A stretch of 60,044 nucleotides of DNA, counting the filler, from Sphacelaria rigidula (Eukaryota): NCBI GenBank assembly GCA_964200075.2. It is 9 parts of 9 records of this genome, joined end to end, with 100 filler letters (N's around TTAATTAATTAA, not from the genome) between each part and the next. Parts side by side here need not be neighbours in the genome. Positions count along the whole stretch, not along the records: positions 46,781 to 53,362 come from CAXNAA020019225.1; positions 53,463 to 60,044 come from CAXNAA020019226.1; 7 more parts are not named here. One strand, given 5' to 3'. The notes beneath the pieces are model-generated. The model ran no database searches and had not been told where the DNA came from. It was given only the letters and a program-made list of their open reading frames with translations. Of this stretch, positions 47,920 to 56,639 are shown one piece after another; position 1 is the stretch's first letter, and every line of letters begins with the position of its first letter. The translations under genes were made by a program, and so were the position numbers.

Positions 47920-50900
47920 GGACAAGGACGAGTCCGTGGTCTCGAGGGATCAACCCATCTCCCCCCGGTACATGCCTTGCATTTTAGTGCCGTGGATTGG
48001 ATCATGACCGGCACTCGCGCATCGCGTCGACTCGTGTGAAGAAAAAAAAACTCGTTCAAATAACTTTTTGTTGTTGTCTAGTCGCGTGCTCATGCTTTCG
48101 ATGGTTTACATTTTTTTTTTGTCTGCTTTGCTTTGGTCGCTGCCAGTTAATTTTTTTTTGTGTTTTTTCCTTGCATCGCTCTCTTCTGCAGGACTTCGCA
48201 GAGGGCAAGAAGGGTGATGAGCTGGGAGCGGACGAAGAGAGGCCGTGCATGCTGTTCTTGGATTCCCTCGACATGCACCAATCCAACAGGATATGGCAGT
48301 ACCTGTGGCGGTGAGTGACATCCTGAACACCGGCAGGGACGCAGCCAAAACTGCGGCATTTGGTCGCACAGACACAAGAAGCGCACGGCACCCCTAGCGC
48401 CAAAGCGATACACTCCAACCTTGCGTGCCTTGAAGTAAATTGAAAGACCTCGCAACGAGAAAAGGCAGGTTTGTGTGTGTGTGCACTTGCTGGACAGGAT
48501 CCCACGAGTCACACTTACAATGACAAGTCACGAGTGATGTCACCACGGTAGGGGTGCACAAATATTTTCCGAGGCTAGCATTTTTTACGAATAGGAGCCG
48601 TTTATCTCATCCAAAACACGACTTATGGAATACGTGAGAGTACGCCAGGATTACACCATTTCAATGTGTTGAAGATATCCCAAATGAGTTTTCGAAAACG
48701 GGGATGCCCTGATGCATATTCTTGTGCATCTAGAATCGTTACGAGCCCCTGAACCTGACAAGATTTTGCGCAAAAAGTGCACCCCTACCGTAGCATCGCT
48801 CTCACCACCACCATCATCACCGAGGAGTACTGACTCCAGTTCATAGCCCCAAATCCATGGTTGAAATTGTTTTAAATGACAATAAAGGTAACCCTAATCC
48901 TAATCCTAATCCTAACCAACCAAGGCATACCGCTAACTCTCGGGCAAGGGGGGTGCAAGGAGTGCCCTAGGCCACGTGTGCGTTAGCATACCTCAAATCG
49001 GCGCCGATTTTGGACAAAAATGCATTTTGCACACGCTAGGAGCACTCGGGACTGTCAGCCTAACCAAATATCCGAATCTCGTTGTTCCCACTAAAATCAA
49101 GGACGTTTCAGCGATGGATTTGGGGGCTACGAACTGGGGTTACATCCGCGTGGACTGCAGAAAGCAATGCATTCCCCCGTTTCTGAGCTCTCTCGGCGTG
49201 GGGGGCTCCAGCTCCCTCACGTAGAGACGATATCACTACTTGTACTCGTAGCATTTTGTCCTTGTGGCAGTATGCGCAAGACGACGGCCAGGAGCAGGTG
49301 CATGATGTGGTACACAATGCTGTGAGAGGTTGCGCAGCACAGCCCTGTACGGTGCGATGGAAGCTGAGTGGAGAATGTCCGCTGTATGCGTTATGTAAAT
49401 TCGGACCAGCAAGCCGATACCCGATCTTCTCTGGTTTCGAAGAGCTGGGGTCCCGCGGTTCACAGCACTAGCCAGATGTTGAGTTCACGTCAGCAATCAC
49501 CCCGCACTGGGTATAATAATAGTGGGGTGCAGCAGCGTCACGCAAATGGTTGCACGCACGGCCCAATTTGACGACTCTTGAGCTGAAATTTCACGAAGAC
49601 CTTCTGCGCTCAAGGAAATGATACATCCCGTGAGCAGCTGCCGATTCTCATCTTTTCCCTGGACTTGTGACATTATCTTGTTTTTGCTGAAACTTCAAAT
49701 TCCTATAACTTCCTTTGTTTTTCTTTTTTTCTTTGCTGGTCACCTGATCTTCTGCATGTCGAGCATTAAAAGCTGCTGTCAAAATTTCAGCGTCCATCTC
49801 CCAATATCGCACCGTGCGTCGCCTGAGCGAGAGAACCACCCATTGTTGGCTGGCCCAGCTCGTATCATCCCGGCGACACAAACTTGAGGATTGTGGTTTG
49901 AGCACCACCTGTTTATTTTTCTCAATACCTATCGACTCTAGCACTTTCGAGTGCTAAGCAAAAACAGTGTAACAATATGCGAGAAGAAAAAAAAAAAATC
50001 ACCGAATTTGCATGCAGACTACTATAGTAGCGATCAACCCAACCCCACGGAAGTGGAATAAGAACCCAACCCACAGAAGTGAAACATGAAGAAATGTGTG
50101 TGTGGTGTTGCCATCCATCTGTTCTGGACGCTAGTTTGCACCATTCGGTACAAGTGGGCGCATCAGCCGGGGTACACACAGGAGGAAGGTCAACACAGGA
50201 GCTTGATTGTAGCTTTCATTTCGTTATTTACCATTCCACCTCCATTCTGCGATGCTTTCCTTACGCTGTATTGTGAGGATTGGTCCATTCGAGCAAACAT
50301 ACCAATGAGTCGGAAGCTGGGGCTGTGTAGTCGCAGGAACCCCGAGAACCGGTTTCTCCGTACGTCGTTCAAAAGTGAATGCAGAAATGATTTTTCCGGG
50401 ATGTGAAGCTGATGCTGGTATCCCCCGAAGGGTCAAACGTTCATTGTGATGAGCGGTTGTTGTTGTCGTCGTTTTCAGAATAAAAACCGTTCCGATATTC
50501 GCGCAGCACGAGTACTCCGCACCGGGCATCTGATGCCAACGCCCTCGGTGTTCACAAGCTAACTATCCGTCGTGACGTACTTCCTCTATCCCATAAGTAA
50601 AGGTACCTAAATTTGTACGGGCTCTTACCGATGTCCGATCGTTTTTTTTTTGTAATGAGCTCAACGGTGTTATTTGGGTTAAGAAAACGTGTTTAAAATT
50701 CGCAGCTCGTGCTTGAACCATGCAGCCGCGCGGCCGAGTTAAAGTAGGTCGGCCCAAAAACGGCCATTTTTCGCTCGTTTTCCCAGGAAAGCATGATAGA
50801 CCCGGGAACACGAAAAACCGCGAAAAATGGGCCGATAAATGTGAAAATCGCGAAACCACCGTTGATTTTGGATATGTCCGTGATATTAAGCTACGCACGC

Positions 50901-51803
50901 CCCATCCAACATTTTGTCGACATGTAATTGCTCTTGCTTGGCGTGAAAACGTCCAAAATCGGTCAATGATGGGGGGAAAATGGATAAAAAAAAGGATCAA
51001 AATGGGGTATATTGTATTTCGACATAGTTTTAGTGATGGAAACAGGTTTTTGTCACATTTTTTTTCATCAGCTTTGTCTGCGCTTTGCCTTTCTAACGAA
51101 CCCAACCACAACATCGTGACCACCACTGGCATACCTGAACAATGTATCGCCGTTAGGTACCTTTACTTGTGGGACAAAGGAAGTAAAATATTGACGAAGA
51201 AGAGGACCTACGAAAAAGTTCCCAGACGCGACATACATTTGTGCTTCCTTGGGATGTAGGGATTTTTCACGTTGACACTAATTAGCTCTCATGATTGCTG
51301 TCTTTCATTTGCGTTTTTGATGGGGCGGTCAAGGATTTGAACTCACGACTTGAAAAAAGGGATTTACAAAAATTTCATCGTGCGAGACACGTCGCGATAT
51401 ATTGTTGGGGTGTAAGTATCCGATTTGTCCATGTTTCCTTTTGTTGCCTACGGAATGATGTTTTCCCCCTCATGCTTTTCTTCCTCTGGATGCTGGCGGA
51501 GGGAAGTGTGGTGATGACACGCTATATTGCCGCCCTTAATTTGCACTTGTTATAGCGTTGGGCGGGGATTTGAACTCATGACGTTCTCATCATGAAGCGG
51601 CTAGACTTATCCCGCAGTGTCGATGTGAAGGGAGGACCTCACGAAATTCTGAGCAGATTTCCCACCTTATATATTGTAGCATCCAACAAACAGTCAACAA
51701 CATCGACGATCAAAACGAAAAGTACTTCATTCGTCCATCAACATGAGGGCGTGGTCAGCGATATTGTCGACCGCGACCGGTGATGTATATATATATATAT
51801 ATA

Positions 51804-51839
<36 letters not shown>

Positions 51840-52240
51840 CACTTGTTTTGTTCTGATTTTTATATCCCAATTCTTCTTTTCTTTGTTATCTTCTTTTGTC
51901 GAGCTTCGTTTAGCGATTATTTCCGTTTGCTTTTACCTTGGGTACTTATATTTACGTTGTGACCACGCGGCAGTTCTGCGCTATTCTAGGCCACGTTTTT
52001 GAAACTTTTGAGTTCAACGACACACCAAATTCTACTTCATGGTCAACGAGGGAAAGAGACCGCTGAAGCCCTCTCGCGATAAAAAATGAGGCAAGCATCG
52101 CAGAAGGAAGGCGGAGAATTAAAACAAGATGAAGAGACAAAAAAAAAAAACTCCGGTGTTGGCCTTCCTCCTGTGTGGCCCCGGCCGATGCGCCCAAATA
52201 TCCGAACGATGTAGACTCGCGTCCAGAATAGATGGATGAC

Positions 52241-52274
<34 letters not shown>

Positions 52275-52732
52275 GTTGACGCTTTCAAGTTTGGTCTGCT
52301 TCTCACGTTCTCATGTTTTCGAAACGACGGAATCAGATACATATCATGTATACAAGAACAAAAAAAAATGGGATGTGCCGGGAGTCGAGCCCTCAAATCC
52401 ATCCTCACGAGTTCTACAAAAAATAATGCCCTCATTAATTAATTAGATCGCCGGTAATCGGCGGCATGGTTAAAGTAGACAAGATAAAAATGAAAATGAT
52501 TTCATGCTAACGTGTACCTTGTTCAATATTCTGTGATCGTTTTTTTTGTTTTTTCGTCCAACATTTCATACATGGGTACAAAACTGCTCACAGTTACTTG
52601 CAAATGAAGTGGGATGGCATATCCGGGAACAAGGAGATGAGCTTTCGAGACGTGTTCCCACTTGTGAGGCCCAAGGCGCCTACCCAGATCAACGGCTGCG
52701 ATTGCGGGGTCTACGTTCTGCGCTACGCACAG
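47920..52732 (+). CDS. Ulp1/SENP family (peptidase C48) SUMO protease, internal exons 47920-47967 (tentative), 48192-48310 and 52594-52732
   Basis: Spliced product ...RPCMLFLDSLDMHQSNRIWQYLWR-YLQMKW...PKAPTQINGCDCGVYVLRYAQ contains the catalytic Asp motif and Q-x-N-x-x-D-C-G; phase-2 GT-AG intron 48311-52593. Confidence 0.85.
48532..48801. mobile_element. Sola2-like MITE family S1 with 4-bp TSD TCAC (intronic)
   Basis: TCAC|GAGTGATG...GCATCGCTC|TCAC; body is the reverse complement of 692-948. Confidence 0.88.
49520..49862 (-). mobile_element. Partial inverted copy of the 47092-47686 MITE (intronic)
   Basis: ~340 bp of reverse-complement similarity to 47092-47430; ends GGCTGGCCCAGCTCG|TA. 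Confidence 0.8.
50094..50260 (-). mobile_element. 3' fragment of the (CA)n SINE
   Basis: Matches 34563-34720. Confidence 0.7.
50580..51183. mobile_element. Stowaway/mariner-like MITE with TA TSD (intronic)
   Basis: TA|CTTCCTCTATCCCATAAGTAAAGGTACCTAA ... TTAGGTACCTTTACTTGTGGGACAAAGGAAG|TA. Confidence 0.88.
51786..51839. repeat. (TA)n microsatellite
   Basis: Near-perfect dinucleotide run. Confidence 0.95.
52015..52272 (+). mobile_element. 3' part of the (CA)n SINE with an expanded CA tail
   Basis: Matches 33735-33968. Confidence 0.8.
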
Positions 52733-52934
52733 GTACGTAGTCATGCTTCACGGTAGCACATGATCGCACCCCAGGTAGTTTAGAGGTTCTCAGGACACTT
52801 CGAAGTGTCGAGCATTTCGGGGTACAGTCGACCCCGCTTTGAAGACGCTCTGGTTAAGTCAAGTCAACTCCCCGCGATAAAGACGCAAAAAAAATCAGAA
52901 CCGTGGTGCCCCGCAGATGTAATGTAGGTGGGGG

Positions 52935-53001
52935 GCGTACTCATTTGTTGCTTGCCTTAGTCATTTGACCATTGACCACGCATCCCTTTCGAGACGGAGC
53001 A
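52935..53001 (-). mobile_element. 67-bp minimal copy of the family A LINE tail with an 18-bp TSD
   Basis: atgtaatgtaggtggggg duplicated at 52917-52934 and 53002-53019. Confidence 0.92.
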
Positions 53002-53311
53002 ATGTAATGTAGGTGGGGGTCCGGAATCTTGAAGACGATTCCCCGCGTTTAAGACGCTTAAAAAAAAATTACGTGCGTCTTTAAAGAGTGGTCGACTGTA
53101 TCTAGAATATCGACTGCGTACTGAATATTTCATGGTACCTAGGATATCGACTCCCCAGGGTGCTGGGTAGTTTTGGGTGCGCTCCAAGCCACACACTGAA
53201 CTTTACCCCAACTTCATCACCTCTGCGAGTATATTTCATGTCTGTTGTTAAGCACTATGTATACCAGAGCTAAACGCAACCAATTCGGGAGGGTAGGTGG
53301 GAGGGGGGGAG

Positions 53312-53362
53312 GGCGTTCTCATTTGTTGCTTGCCTTGGTCGTGTGACCATTGACCACGCATC
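53312..53362 (-). mobile_element. Family A LINE tail next to a G-tract (cut by contig end)
   Basis: gcgttctcatttgttgcttgccttggtcgtgtgaccattgaccacgcatc preceded by G-rich sequence. Confidence 0.8.
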
Positions 53363-53462
53363 NNNNNNNNNNNNNNNNNNNNNNNNNNNNNNNNNNNNNN
53401 NNNNNNTTAATTAATTAANNNNNNNNNNNNNNNNNNNNNNNNNNNNNNNNNNNNNNNNNNNN
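53363..53462. other. Artificial contig spacer
   Basis: Same 100-bp N/TTAATTAATTAA block. Confidence 0.98.
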
Positions 53463-53599
53463 CTGTTCCTCCCCCCCCCCCCCCCCAACCCCCAGACACC
53501 ATGAGCATGAGGCAATGCAACCTGTAGCTTGTCTCTGGAAGTGGTGATACCAGAAAAGGGGCAACTCATTGTACTCAGTCATGTATATGCAAGATTATT

Positions 53600-53810
53600 A
53601 GCACGCTTTGGGCCGAACAATCCTAGCAGGATGCAGCTCACCCTTCATGCAGCTCGCCGAACACATGACAGCGCTTCGCGCTCGATGATTAATGGCGAGC
53701 CTGGTCCGGCGAAACCCGGCGTGCCCCGTCCCGGCTTCGTTGGGATGCGAGGTCAACGGCCATATGACTACGGCACGCAAAATAAATGAGTACACTCTCC
53801 CCACCCCCGT
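53600..53810 (+). mobile_element. 3' end of non-LTR family B followed by a C-rich tract
   Basis: cgtgccccgtcccggcttcgttgggatgcgaggtcaacggccatatgactacggcacgcaaaataaatgagtac then ctctcccaccccc. Confidence 0.7.
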
Positions 53811-54370
53811 CACAGTCGAGTCAGGAGAACGAACACACGTTGGAACCTCCAAAGCGGCCGTGTCTCGGTTTTAGCACTACTGAACAATCTTCTCGGATTT
53901 TCTTTTCCTCCCCGTCCTTCCTTGTGTGCATGCGTGCGCGTTCATGTAACAAATGAATACGTCAGAGGTATGACCCTGAGGGAACTGAAGTTGCTCACGG
54001 CGCTAGGTCGACCACTCAGGAGGGGAGTGCGGGACGGACACATGAATGACTCTCTCGGGGGAATTATTACGGTATCCTCCATTTTAAACGGGGATTACTC
54101 ATTGAAGTCTAGGATGTGGGGGCGGGGGATAGGGGAGGGGAGGGGGCATGGTCATATTTTGCGTTGTCGTAAGAAGGGGGGGTGGACATCTCTGTCACCT
54201 AGAGGGGCGGGCGGCCCCTTGCAACCCCCTCAGATCGATGGCAGTTCATTTTTATCCGGCCCATTTTCCTGTACTACGCCGGGTGGTTGACAATTGCAAA
54301 CGCTTGAGGTGGGAAGGCAGCCCGGTGCTCTTTACCTTCACAAGAAACGGAGAATGTGTTGGAGTTGCGT

Positions 54371-54374
<4 letters not shown>

Positions 54375-54405
<31 letters not shown>
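54375..54405. repeat. (TC)n microsatellite
   Basis: Perfect dinucleotide run. Confidence 0.95.
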
Positions 54406-54408
<3 letters not shown>

Positions 54409-56639
54409 TTTGTTATTTGTAGGTACTTATCGCCCACAGTGTTCACGGTATGGTTCTTTGAAGAGTTTTCTCCCGTCATCCCTGTGTGTGCTGCTAGACG
54501 TTTGCTTGTAGAATTCGGTGGTTTCACAACGACTTACAGTAATTAGGACATCCTCACCGATCGAGACCGACGTTGGAAACGTTGCGGTTTTTTTGCGTGT
54601 ACGAAGTTTGCAATAAGCAGTAATTGTAGGGACACGCGTAACGCCACAGTACACCGTGGTGTTTTTTGCACGGTTAGTCGTTTGCGGAGGGAGGCGTGCC
54701 CACGGAATCTCCCGCCCTTGTAGAAATGCTGAGGCATTGCTGCCCCTCCTTCTATGCCCCCTGGGTTGAGTTTTTGTGTTTCCGCAATCGCTTTTGACGG
54801 AGTCGGCCCGTTTCAGGTTTTTCGATATATAGGTGTGCTTGGCTCTTCTTGAGAAAACTGCATAGTAGATGATGAACTGCCCTCAGAGTAACTCCGTGCC
54901 CCCTTCGCGTAGTTTTCCTAGACGCGCTGTTGAGTATCTGCACAGATGTCGAAACAGCACCCCGACCCGCCACCATAGGATTGTGGTGGTTCTTGAAGGG
55001 GGAAGTGCGGCGTGTGTCCGTTGCTGGTGCTGTGGGCCCTCATTGCGCGTCCTGTTTGCTTCCCCCCCATCGACGTGCGCTTATTTTGTGTTTCGTACGA
55101 AGTCGTTCGTTTGAAGTTTTTTGTCTTGTTGTGAATGTATCTGGTGCTTGTGCAGTAATGTTGGGCACACAATATGGCCTGGTCTACTGTGTTGGGGATA
55201 CTGTACGCGTAATACTTTTGCTCATTTTGTGTGTGAATTACAAAAGTAGTGCTCGTAGGCGGCATCGATGGCTACATGTTAAAGTATGTTGCGCAGCGCG
55301 CTGTGTGCGCGACGGAAGCAGGGGCACATCGATGTTCCTTTTTCTTGACAAAATTACTTACTTCACGTGTCATACTCCTCTCGTCTCTGTCCGTCTATTT
55401 GCTGTCTCTTCTCTCTTTTCTCTCTTTTTTCTCTCTCTCTGTCGTGCGGGAGTTCGGGCGCAAATGTTTGCGCCCACCAGTCCTAGTCAACAATCTCCTC
55501 GGATGAGTAGGTCACGATGCCCGGTACAGTATCGCTCCGAGCGTTACCGTGTTGCTGAATGGCTGTGCACGAGGGGCGAGCCATATGTTCGTCCCAAAGA
55601 CATGGCTAAGAAAACGAACATCACACACAAGAGTTGATTCATCGGGGTAAGGATAATCTACACTACAGTGTGCATCCGCCAGGTGTTCTGAATACTGTTG
55701 GCGTGATTGAGGGGGACAAAATATGGACATACACTGGAGACAGAACCAACCAACCGTGGAGTGGCCCTGTTTTCCGGTTCCCAGCTGCGATCGCCTGTAT
55801 AACTCGTTATCCACACACATGAAGAGGTTCTTCGAGAACACGTTCTGCCGAAACATGCAGAATGTGCCGCGAAATTAATTTGGCAAAAAAAAATCAACAA
55901 ATATTCAATACGTACGCCACCTCGCCCTGCCCGTTTCTCTTCGTGTTTCCCAAGGTTGCTCTCTGTAGGGTAATACTTCTTGTAGACCCGGGGCATTCAC
56001 TCGGGTATGACTCTTACCCGACAATCCCGAGTTCTGTAAGCCTCCCATATTGCGGTACCCGATATTTTTGTGAGATTTTCCAATTTTCCAATTGGTTGTT
56101 GTCTCAGGCCCTTACAGATTCGGCATAGGCATTCTGTGACAGAAAAGTGTTTCGTTTTCATCAAACTATATTTTCAGGACCAATCAGAACTTTTCAAGAA
56201 TCAATTTTGCTGGGAATTACCCCGAGTTTCGTGCTTGGGTAGCGTATCTCTACCCTCGTGTTTCATACCTTGCCGAAGATCCTGGAAATGCACCACTCCT
56301 GGCGCTGCATGATGTTTCCTGACCCTACGGTAACCACCAACCTTTCTTTTAGTGATGCCGCGATAGTTCCCCCCCAAACCAACCCTCGGCCCACTATGGG
56401 ATTGGCGTCGGTTGCCAATGGCGCTGTGAACACGCCACTCACTACGTAGGCTAGGCAACCAGTTTACCGTTTATAATGGGAATTGTGTTGTAGTCTCACA
56501 TTGACGGGAGCGGCTCCCGCGCAACCCGCGGTGACTGAAACAAAAGTCCTGAAGCTAGGTCCGTCCTGCGAAGTTATGCTCAAGGAACAATCGAAGTATT
56601 CTCTCGTGCTCTTTGGTGCTTCTGGTGCGACCTACATGG

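Noticed and set aside
47092..49862. A single 2.8-kb transposon that captured Ulp1 exons (as in some Mutator/CACTA elements)
   Set aside because: The left copy has its own right TIR and TA at 47686, both arms are the same end of the family, and the Ulp1 gene continues outside at 52594.
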